Shown here piece by piece: positions 56,972 to 64,000 of a stretch of DNA of 64,000 nucleotides. The DNA comes from Thermoanaerobaculia bacterium (GTDB lineage Bacteria; Acidobacteriota; Thermoanaerobaculia; Multivoradales; Multivoraceae). The stretch is from positions 690,925 through 754,924 of the forward strand of contig OY761158.1 in the NCBI GenBank assembly GCA_963664405.1, read 5' to 3'. The translations under genes and the position numbers were made by a program. Position 1 is the stretch's first letter. Every line of letters starts with the position of its first letter. Below the pieces are notes generated by a model that worked only from the letters and a program-made list of their open reading frames with translations, was not told the origin of the DNA and made no database searches.

Positions 56972-58927
56972 TTACGGAAACTCCATCTTCACGATGATCT
57001 CTTGCCCCCGGGGATCTTCACGCAGCGGGGCAAATTCGGGCCAAAGCCTGGCCACAATGGTTAGAAACGGCTCCCTTTGCTCGTAGGCACGGCTAAAGAG
57101 TGCGACGCCTTCGTCGAGAAGCCCGGCACTGAGGGCGGCAACTGCCAACATTGACGGTTGAATGTACTCGCGCCCGGTTCGGGCTTTCAACTCTTCATAT
57201 ATAGCGCTCGCCTTTTCCGGTTTCCCCCAGTTGCCGTAGGTAGCCGCCAAAATCGCCATTGCCCACGGGTGTCGCCCCGAAATCGCCAGCGCCTCTTCGC
57301 CGGCTTGCTCGGCTTCCTGGTATCGTGACGCCCAACCGTACACCACCTGGAGAATCCAACGCGTATGGTATGCATCCGGATCAAGTTCGGTGGCTTTGAC
57401 CGCCTGCTCGATTGCTTCTTCGTGGTAACCGGCGAGCCCAAGGCCCACACCCAGCACCGCGGCGTTGTAGCCGCACAGAGGATCGATTTCAACGCACCGC
57501 CGAAGCTCGGCCAGGCCTTCTTCGAACCGACCCGCAACGAATTGTAGATAGAACAAACCGTACCAGGATCTCGCCTGGACGTATTGCGGGTTTAATTCCA
57601 ACGCTCGACGGAACGCTCGCTCGGCAGTCTGCCAATCTCGGTCATGGAGAAGACTCACGATGGCAAAGGCATTGTGCGCCTCCGCAAGATCCGGTGCCAG
57701 TTCCAAGGCTTGGGTCGCCGCCTTCTTAGCCTGCGGCATTGTTTCTTTGCCGGGGGCAAACCCGTAGTAGCCAAGCATTGTGTTGCCATCCGCGAGCCCG
57801 GCGTGGGCGAGTGCGTAATCAGGATCGAGGGCAAGCGCCTGATTGAAGCATTCCAATCCCCGGGGAATCACCAGGCCGCGTTTGTACAGAATGGAGCGCC
57901 CTTTGAGGTATAACTGATACGCCTCGAGATTCTCCGTGTGCGGTTTTACGAGTGGCGTGTCGGCTCCATCTTCGAGGGATACCTTCAACCTGTCCGCGAT
58001 AGTTCGTGCGATCTCGTCCTGAATCGCAAAGATGTCTTCTATTTCTCGGTCGAACCGTTCGGACCAGAGATGCTCGTCTTTGGCGACGTCGATGAGCTGG
58101 GCCGTAATCCGAACGCGGGTTCCGGCTCTGCGTACACTCCCCTCCAACAGTGTTGTCACTCGCAGCCGCTCCGCGATCTCGCGCATCTCCAGTGTCTTGC
58201 CCTTGAAGTAGAACGAAGACGTGCGGGACGCTACGTGAAGAGCATCCACTTGCACGAGTGCGTTGATGATTTCCTCGGTGATTCCATCGCTGAAGAACTC
58301 GTTCTCGGGATCCGTGCTCATATTTGCGAAGGGCAGCACCGCGATCGACGGTTTGTCCGGGAGGGCCGACGGAGCCTGGGAGACGGTTGCCGCTCGCGGT
58401 CGGTCGGAGTCGACTAGGCGGAACGCGCGGATCCGCTCAGCGATGTTCTTGAGAACCTGCTCTCCCATGTCCTCGTAGAGGAGATCGAGACTCGTCTTCA
58501 CGGCGGAGCGCACAGCCTCGGAGACACAGATACCCCCAGGGTGGGCGAGACTCTCGAGGCGTGCCGCGATGTTCACTCCGTCGCCATAGATGTCGCCACG
58601 GTCCTCGATCACGTCACCGAGGTGTACGCCGATGCGTAACCGCACTTCGCGCTCATCCGGTAGACCCTCGTTCAATGCCGCGAGCTGCGTCTGGATGTCA
58701 GTTGCGCTGGAAACCGCATCGACTACCGCCTGGAACCTGGCCAGCACGGCATCCCCTGCGTAGTGCATCACTTCACCGCGATGGGAATCGACGGTGGTGG
58801 TGATCAGGTCGAGGTATTCGCCGAGCGTACGGTGAGTGGAATCCTCATCTTCACCCGTCAGCCGGCTGTAATCGGCGACATCCGCGTATAGGATCGCGGC
58901 GAGCTTACGTGGCAGGCGCTCTGACAC
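56972..58927 (-). CDS. Class III adenylate/guanylate cyclase with TolB-like N-domain and C-terminal TPR repeats
   Basis: GTG start. CHD cyclase domain (AAILYADVADYSRL..., ..RIGVHLGDVIEDRGDIYGDGVNIAARLE..). Then PSIAVLPFANMSTDPENEFFSDGITEE (TolB-N-like) and ~8 TPR units; 651 aa. Confidence 0.8.
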   Translation of the reverse strand: MSERLPRKLAAILYADVADYSRLTGEDEDSTHRTLGEYLDLITTTVDSHRGEVMHYAGDAVLARFQAVVDAVSSATDIQTQLAALNEGLPDEREVRLRIGVHLGDVIEDRGDIYGDGVNIAARLESLAHPGGICVSEAVRSAVKTSLDLLYEDMGEQVLKNIAERIRAFRLVDSDRPRAATVSQAPSALPDKPSIAVLPFANMSTDPENEFFSDGITEEIINALVQVDALHVASRTSSFYFKGKTLEMREIAERLRVTTLLEGSVRRAGTRVRITAQLIDVAKDEHLWSERFDREIEDIFAIQDEIARTIADRLKVSLEDGADTPLVKPHTENLEAYQLYLKGRSILYKRGLVIPRGLECFNQALALDPDYALAHAGLADGNTMLGYYGFAPGKETMPQAKKAATQALELAPDLAEAHNAFAIVSLLHDRDWQTAERAFRRALELNPQYVQARSWYGLFYLQFVAGRFEEGLAELRRCVEIDPLCGYNAAVLGVGLGLAGYHEEAIEQAVKATELDPDAYHTRWILQVVYGWASRYQEAEQAGEEALAISGRHPWAMAILAATYGNWGKPEKASAIYEELKARTGREYIQPSMLAVAALSAGLLDEGVALFSRAYEQREPFLTIVARLWPEFAPLREDPRGQEIIVKMEFP

Positions 58928-59165
58928 TAGCGGGACGCGGCAGGTTTGATGGGAGGCATGCCCGATCTTATCCGAGGATGCTAGTGGTGGCGAGCCTGCG
59001 GCGCGACTCGCCTCACTTCAGCCCTTACGTTGGAGGCTGTTCATGACTGGCCCGGGCCGCGACGTAGCGTACACTGGCCTGCGGCAGTGGCGCCAGCGTT
59101 TCCACGAAGCGTCGCTGTGATCAACTGAGGCTCGGACCAGAGCCCGAAGGAAGGTTCGCCGCACC

Positions 59166-60737
59166 ATGGCCAAAGTCGCTGACCTCCCCGTGCCGGAGCT
59201 TGGGATCGGCCCGAGTGAGGCCGCCGAGCGCTTCGAGCGACTTCAAGCGAAGTTGGCACGCATGTGGCAGTCCATGCGCGAGATGACCGACGCCGAACGC
59301 ACCATAGTCGTCGTGCCCTCGCAATCGACCGAGTTCGATGTCAAGGGCGCGGAAATGCAGGCGTACGAAGAGCGGTTTCTCTTCCTGCTCCTCTTGCTGC
59401 GGCAGCCTCGCGTACGCCTCATCTACGTCACGTCGCAGACGATCCTGCCGAGCACGATCGACTACTATCTGGGCCTGCTACCGGGTGTGATCCCACGTCA
59501 CGCGAGGGCCCGGCTATTCCTCGTGGCACCGGAGGACAGGAGCCCACGTCCGCTCTCGCTCAAGTTGCTCGAGCGGCCAGCGCTCCTGGAGCAAATTCGC
59601 TCGTTGATCCCTGACTCCGAGAACGCTCACATCGTGCCGTACAACACCACGGCGCTCGAGCGCGACCTTGCGCTCCGGCTGGGGATTCCGATCTACGCTG
59701 CCGACCCCAAGTTCTATGATTACGGGACCAAATCCGGCTGTCGGCGCCTGTTCTCCGAGGAAGGCGTGAAACACCCCTTCGGAATCGAGGATCTTCACTC
59801 CGTCCAAGACATCGCCGATGCCATTCAGCGCATGAGGAGTGAGAGGCCCGGACTCGTGGAAGTCTTCGTGAAGCTGAATGAGGGCATCTCTGGAGAGGGG
59901 AACGCGGCGGTCGACATCAGTGGGCTCCCGACGCCGGGCAGTCCCGCTGAGCTGGATGAGATCGGCGAGCGCGTTCGCAACCTGCGCCTGGAGTATGCCG
60001 GCACGACCTTCGAAGCGTACGTGGACAAGCTGGTCGCACGGGGAGGGGTCGTAGAGGAGCGCATTTCGGGTGTCGAGTTTCGTAGTCCGAGTGTGCAGTT
60101 GAGAACGACGCCGTTAGGCGATCTGGAGATCCTCTCGACACATGACCAGATCCTTGGAGGCGCGACTGGAGGGCTCTATGAGGGTTGCAAGTTTCCCGCC
60201 GACCCCGCCTATGCTGCAAGCATCGCGGAAGAGGCTGAAAAAATTGGAAAGCGGCTTACCCTGGAAGGCGTGCTTGGGCGCTTCGCGGTGGACTTCGTCG
60301 CCGCAAGAGGGAGCGAGGGCGAGTGGGACGTCTACGCGATCGAGGTGAATCTACGAAAAGGCGGGACCACGCATCCGTTCTTAACGCTACAATTCCTGAC
60401 GGATGGCAGCTATGACCCCGAAGCAGGCGCATTCGTTGCTCCCAGTGGGAAGGAGAAATTTTTCGTCGCTAGCGATCACCTGGAGTCGCCCAGCTATCGG
60501 GTGTTCTCACCGGACGATCTGTTCGACATCTTGGTGAGGCACCGGCTTCACTTCGACCAGACGCGCCAGACCGGTGTCGTACTTCACATGTTGGCCACGC
60601 TAGCCGAAAACGGCAGGGTCGGCGTCACAGCCGTGGGTGACTCCGAGCAGGACGCGGACGATCTCTTCGAACGGACCAAGGCTGTGCTCGACGACGAGGC
60701 CGCCGCCGCCCTAGCTCCGGCAGAGCTGCCGACCTGA
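59166..60737 (+). CDS. ATP-grasp ligase of the PGM1-like family with N-terminal pre-ATP-grasp domain
   Basis: TIVVVPSQSTEFDV...ERFLFLLLLLRQPRVRLIYVTSQ (pre-ATP-grasp domain) followed by an ATP-grasp fold (..VKLNEGISGEGNA.., ..DVYAIEVNLRKGGTT..); 523 aa. Confidence 0.6.
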   Translation: MAKVADLPVPELGIGPSEAAERFERLQAKLARMWQSMREMTDAERTIVVVPSQSTEFDVKGAEMQAYEERFLFLLLLLRQPRVRLIYVTSQTILPSTIDYYLGLLPGVIPRHARARLFLVAPEDRSPRPLSLKLLERPALLEQIRSLIPDSENAHIVPYNTTALERDLALRLGIPIYAADPKFYDYGTKSGCRRLFSEEGVKHPFGIEDLHSVQDIADAIQRMRSERPGLVEVFVKLNEGISGEGNAAVDISGLPTPGSPAELDEIGERVRNLRLEYAGTTFEAYVDKLVARGGVVEERISGVEFRSPSVQLRTTPLGDLEILSTHDQILGGATGGLYEGCKFPADPAYAASIAEEAEKIGKRLTLEGVLGRFAVDFVAARGSEGEWDVYAIEVNLRKGGTTHPFLTLQFLTDGSYDPEAGAFVAPSGKEKFFVASDHLESPSYRVFSPDDLFDILVRHRLHFDQTRQTGVVLHMLATLAENGRVGVTAVGDSEQDADDLFERTKAVLDDEAAAALAPAELPT

Positions 60738-60840
60738 GAACCGAACTCCAGCACACGGTGCGCCACCGCGGGGTCTCGTGTGCGGTACTGAAAGATGTAG
60801 ACCTTGCAACCGAAACCAGTGACACCGGTCTGGCGCGAGG

Positions 60841-60870
60841 CGACACGAATAGCTGAGACCGAATAAGCCC
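60841..60870. promoter_or_regulatory. Conserved ~30-bp upstream motif, copy 1 (50 bp upstream of the ornithine cyclodeaminase gene)
   Basis: gacacgaatagctgagaccgaataagcccc matches 62026..62046 (cgacaagaatagctcgaagcgaataagcccc) at ~28/32 positions. Confidence 0.4.
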
Positions 60871-60923
60871 CGCAACAGCGTAGATGTCTATCTGGCGGAT
60901 AGGATCCGCCACCTGGGAGAGAA

Positions 60924-61925
60924 ATGATGCCGATGCTTGTCCTCAGCCAAACCGAGGTCCGTGAGCTCCTGCCCATGGATCGTTGTATCGACCTGATGGC
61001 GGAGGCCCTGACCGGCCTCTCGGCGGGTGAGGCGGTCAACCCGCTGCGTCACGGCATCTTCCTGCCTGACCGGTCCGGCCTTCTGGGCCTGATGCCGGGG
61101 TATACCGCCGAGCCGGCGGCACTCGGGGTCAAGGTCATCGCCGTCTTCCCGGACAATCACGGCAGCGAGCTTGACTCCCACCAGGGCATCGTGGCCCTCT
61201 TCGACGCACAGAACGGACGCCCCCTGGCCATTCTCGAGGCCAGTGAGATCACGGCGATCCGCACGGCGGCGGCCAGCGGTCTCGCCACCCGGCTGCTGGC
61301 GCAGGAAGACGCGTCCGAGCTAGCGATCCTGGGCTCCGGCACACAGGCCCGCACCCACCTAGAAGCGATGGCGGCAGTCCGACCTCTCAACGAGGTTCGA
61401 GTCTTCAGTCCCCATCGCGAGCACCGCGAAGGGTTCGCAGCCGAGGCTCGCCGGCGTTCGAGCTTGCTGGTCAGAGCTGTCGACTCCGCCGAGGAGGCGG
61501 TGCGGGGCGCCGATATCATCTGCACCACGACGACTTCGGCTGATCCAATAGTTGATGATAGCTGGATCCATCCTGGAGCCCATATCAACGCGGCCGGCTC
61601 CAGCGTGGCCAGCGATCGTGAGCTCGACACCGCGTCGGTGCTTCGCGCTCGACTCTTTGTCGACTGCAGGGAGTCGACAGTCAACGAGGCAGGAGACTTT
61701 CTGATTCCGAAGAAGGAAGGCGCGATCACCGACGAACACATTCAGGGCGAACTCGGTGAGATTCTGCTGGGCAGCATCCAAGGCCGCCAAAGTGCCGACG
61801 AAGTCACGCTCTTCAAGTCGCTGGGGGTAGCGGTCGAAGATCTGGCCGCAGCGACCTACGTCTATACAGAGGCTAAGGCTCGGGGAGTCGGGACCGAGGT
61901 CGAGCTCGGAGGCATGCGTTCCTAG
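60924..61925 (+). CDS. Ornithine cyclodeaminase/mu-crystallin family protein
   Basis: 333 aa; Rossmann motif ILGSGTQA and the OCD family pattern along the full length. Confidence 0.8.
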   Translation: MMPMLVLSQTEVRELLPMDRCIDLMAEALTGLSAGEAVNPLRHGIFLPDRSGLLGLMPGYTAEPAALGVKVIAVFPDNHGSELDSHQGIVALFDAQNGRPLAILEASEITAIRTAAASGLATRLLAQEDASELAILGSGTQARTHLEAMAAVRPLNEVRVFSPHREHREGFAAEARRRSSLLVRAVDSAEEAVRGADIICTTTTSADPIVDDSWIHPGAHINAAGSSVASDRELDTASVLRARLFVDCRESTVNEAGDFLIPKKEGAITDEHIQGELGEILLGSIQGRQSADEVTLFKSLGVAVEDLAAATYVYTEAKARGVGTEVELGGMRS

Positions 61926-62025
61926 AGGAGGTTCAGCGGTATGGATACTGGCGCCGGAGTATTGTTCCATTCACATCGTTCGCTTTCCGGAGCTGTCGCG
62001 AAATCCGGCGGACCACGACAAGAAT

Positions 62026-62046
62026 AGCTCGAAGCGAATAAGCCCC
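62026..62046. promoter_or_regulatory. Conserved ~30-bp upstream motif, copy 2 (90 bp upstream of the Ser/Thr kinase gene)
   Basis: See 60841..60870. Confidence 0.4.
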
Positions 62047-62137
62047 CCGCTGTCGCACTTTTGGGTGCTTCGAGACACGTTAGATCGAGCCCTGAGCCGC
62101 TGATCCCCCGGGCGACGGGTAAGATGTTGCCAAGTCA

Positions 62138-64000
62138 ATGACCCTTGAAGCTGGCACTCGCCTCGGCCACTACGAAGTGGTCTCTTCCCTCGGCGTGGGA
62201 GGAATGGGAGAGGTCTATCGCGCCAAGGACACGAAGCTCGGTCGCGAGGTAGCGGTCAAACTCCTGCTCGACGAGGTCTCCTCTGACCCGGAGCGCCTAG
62301 CTCGCTTCGAGCGCGAGGCTCACATCCTCGCCTCGTTGAACCACAAAAACATCGCCAGCCTCCACGCCTTCGAGCGGGAAGGCGATACCAACTTCCTCGT
62401 GATGGAGTTGGTCGAGGGCGAGACCTTGGCTGACCGCATCAAGAGAGGTGCGGTACCAGTCGATGAAGCACTGCCCGTCTTCTTGCAAATCGCGGAGGGC
62501 CTGGAGGCAGCTCACGAGAAAGGCGTCATCCACCGGGATCTGAAGCCTGCGAACATCAAGGTAACCGACGACGGCCAGGTGAAGATCCTCGATTTCGGGC
62601 TGGCCAAGGCGATGGCTGTGGAAGCTAGTGCCACCGGAGACGGCGTCTTGTCCGAATCTCCGACCCTCACTCTTGCCGCGACTCAGCGGGGCCAGATTCT
62701 CGGTACGGCGGCCTACATGGCTCCCGAGCAGGCGCGAGGAAAGACCGTCGACAAGCGCGCCGATGTGTGGGCCTTCGGGGTCTGTCTGTTCGAGGCGCTG
62801 AGCGGCAAGCGAGTCTTTGCGGCCGAAGATACTTCTCAGATTCTGGCCAAGGTTCTGGAGCGTGAACCTCAGTGGGATGATCTCCCAAGGAGTGTGCCGG
62901 CCCCGATTCGCCAACTGCTTGATCGCTCACTGACGAAAGACATCCGGAGTCGTCTCCAGGCAATCGGAGAGGCAAGAATCACCGTCGAAAAGTACTTGAC
63001 CAATCCTTCGGCCTACGATGCAGAGGCCACATCCATTCAACAGCTGATTGACAGACGGCAGATGATGCCCTGGACTGCTGCTGGGCTGTTGGTTGTAGCA
63101 CTTCTGATTTTGCTGGTGGTCCTGTGGCCTGCTACTAGCTCGGTAGGGCCTCCGTCCGTCGGTCGATTTGCAGTTACAGCACCAGGAGTTCTGAGAGGCG
63201 GCCACACGCCGAACCTGGCCTTGTCACCGGATGGCACGCGTGTGGTGTTTGCCGCGTTGCGTGGAGGCATCCCTCTGCTTTTCGAGCGACCCCTAGATCG
63301 CCTGGAGGCAACGCCGATGCCAGGCACCGAGGACGCAAGGGATCCGTTTTTCTCCCCCGATGGCCAATGGGTGGGCTTTTTTGCCGATAGCAAACTGAAA
63401 AAGGTGTCACTTCTCGGTGGCCGTCCGCAAGTCCTCTGCGAGGTCCCGAGCGGCCACGGTGGGACTTGGGGCCCGGATGACACCATTTACTTCTCTCCAT
63501 CGCACTCATCTGCACTATCCAAAGTTTCGGCCAGCGGAGGCACGCCCGAGGCTTTGACGAACCTCGACCCTGGCCAGGGCGAGACGGCACACTACTGGCC
63601 GCAAGTTCTTCCGGGGGGGCGACAAATACTTTTCACCATCTCGAAGAGGGACCTCCGGGATGTCAGTATCGCGGTGGAGTCTGTGGAGACCGGTGAACGG
63701 CACATTCTCTTGGAAGGCCTTTACGCTAGGTATGTGCCGACGGGACACCTGGTCTATGCGCACGGGGAGTCAGTCCTGGCGGTACAGTTCGATGCCGAAC
63801 ATCTAGAGGTGACCGGCCCTTCAGTGCCGGTGCTGGACGGTGTGCGGTTCTCAGCGTTAGGAGCCGCAGATTTTGCCGTTTCTGAAGCCGGATTGCTAGC
63901 CTATAGACCTGCCGGTACGGACGCAGACAGCGGTGAACTGGTTTGGGTGGACCGAGAGGGATCCGCTCAAGTCATTTCGGAATTCTCGCGCTCCTATTGG
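62138..64000 (+). CDS. Serine/threonine protein kinase with TM segment and C-terminal PD40/TolB-like beta-propeller region (3' partial; runs off the window end)
   Basis: Translation from ATG 62138: MTLEAGTRLGHYEVVSSLGVGGMGEVYRAKD..VAVKLL, HRDLKPANIKV, DFG, APE; TM (MMPWTAAGLLVVALLILLVVLW); then ..ALSPDGTRVVF..FFSPDGQWVGFF.. PD40-like repeats. Absent from the ORF track because it has no stop in the window. Confidence 0.85.
   Translation, partial: MTLEAGTRLGHYEVVSSLGVGGMGEVYRAKDTKLGREVAVKLLLDEVSSDPERLARFEREAHILASLNHKNIASLHAFEREGDTNFLVMELVEGETLADRIKRGAVPVDEALPVFLQIAEGLEAAHEKGVIHRDLKPANIKVTDDGQVKILDFGLAKAMAVEASATGDGVLSESPTLTLAATQRGQILGTAAYMAPEQARGKTVDKRADVWAFGVCLFEALSGKRVFAAEDTSQILAKVLEREPQWDDLPRSVPAPIRQLLDRSLTKDIRSRLQAIGEARITVEKYLTNPSAYDAEATSIQQLIDRRQMMPWTAAGLLVVALLILLVVLWPATSSVGPPSVGRFAVTAPGVLRGGHTPNLALSPDGTRVVFAALRGGIPLLFERPLDRLEATPMPGTEDARDPFFSPDGQWVGFFADSKLKKVSLLGGRPQVLCEVPSGHGGTWGPDDTIYFSPSHSSALSKVSASGGTPEALTNLDPGQGETAHYWPQVLPGGRQILFTISKRDLRDVSIAVESVETGERHILLEGLYARYVPTGHLVYAHGESVLAVQFDAEHLEVTGPSVPVLDGVRFSALGAADFAVSEAGLLAYRPAGTDADSGELVWVDREGSAQVISEFSRSYW

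Noticed and set aside
15604-58934. Recurrent 8-mer gacactag at 15604, 30541 and 58925, initially suspected to be a shared insertion target or flank of the MITE-like elements
   Set aside because: Three hits for one 8-mer in 64 kb on two strands is about the chance expectation. One hit is inside a TIR, one is just outside a TIR and one overlaps a start codon.
1-64000. CRISPR arrays, rRNA, tRNA, integrases or transposases, toxin–antitoxin or restriction-modification genes
   Set aside because: No regularly spaced direct repeats with unique spacers were found. No TΨC-arm (GGTTCGAATCC-like) or CCA-adjacent acceptor-stem candidates turned up in intergenic regions. No recombinase or endonuclease motifs were seen in any convincing ORF.

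Overview
GC-rich bacterial chromosomal segment (roughly two-thirds G+C by eye) with dense, mostly operonic coding; no rRNA, tRNA or CRISPR array was recognised. No recognisable defence or secretion system was found; the strongest candidate for something undescribed is a family of palindromic CTAG-ended elements (interest 0.6), two of which bracket a flotillin–NfeD operon flanked by paralogous beta-CA-like proteins. Read from the translated ORFs, the window encodes: a partial glnS; tricarballylate dehydrogenase tcuAB; a crotonase; two adjacent M16 (pitrilysin-type) peptidases; a frameshifted paralog of the adenylate-cyclase/TPR gene found later in the window; two acyl-CoA synthetases; an F420-type operon (two tandem LLM paralogs plus a PPOX-class protein) and a third LLM oxidoreductase fused in an operon with a sulfatase-like lipoprotein, an alpha/beta hydrolase and a beta-lactamase-family hydrolase; aat; a sulfite-oxidase-like Moco enzyme; SprT; BolA; NUDIX; YceI; a CPBP protease; GT2 and GT39/ArnT-like glycosyltransferases; an EamA transporter; a secreted S1 protease; a flotillin–NfeD operon flanked by two paralogous beta-carbonic-anhydrase-like proteins; DUF3604 and CocE/NonD hydrolases; an ABC ATPase plus a 1200-aa ABC-permease/M1-aminopeptidase fusion; an alpha/beta hydrolase and an esterase; acyl-CoA dehydrogenase; long-form isocitrate lyase; an amidase; a class III adenylate cyclase with TPR repeats; a PGM1-like ATP-grasp ligase plus an ornithine cyclodeaminase homolog; and a partial Ser/Thr kinase with a PD40/TolB-like tail. 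The most notable non-coding structure is a family of at least four palindromic, CTAG-ended MITE-like elements (about 165–255 bp). They have variable termini but share a core AT hairpin that carries compensatory substitutions. Two copies in inverted orientation bracket a 7.3-kb segment containing the flotillin operon, and one copy carries a nested 65-bp REP-like hairpin element that has a second copy elsewhere. Also notable are TTACTGC heptamer arrays (TAA in all three frames) forming inverted pairs around the ends of two unknown genes encoding exported or membrane-anchored proteins, a conserved 30-bp motif upstream of two signalling/biosynthetic genes, and a 1.3-kb GC-poorer non-coding island with 50-bp-spaced direct repeats. 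The Ser/Thr kinase–PD40 and adenylate cyclase–TPR architectures together with lipobox lipoproteins suggest a Gram-negative soil or sediment lineage (Acidobacteria- or Gemmatimonadetes-like), but this is inference only.
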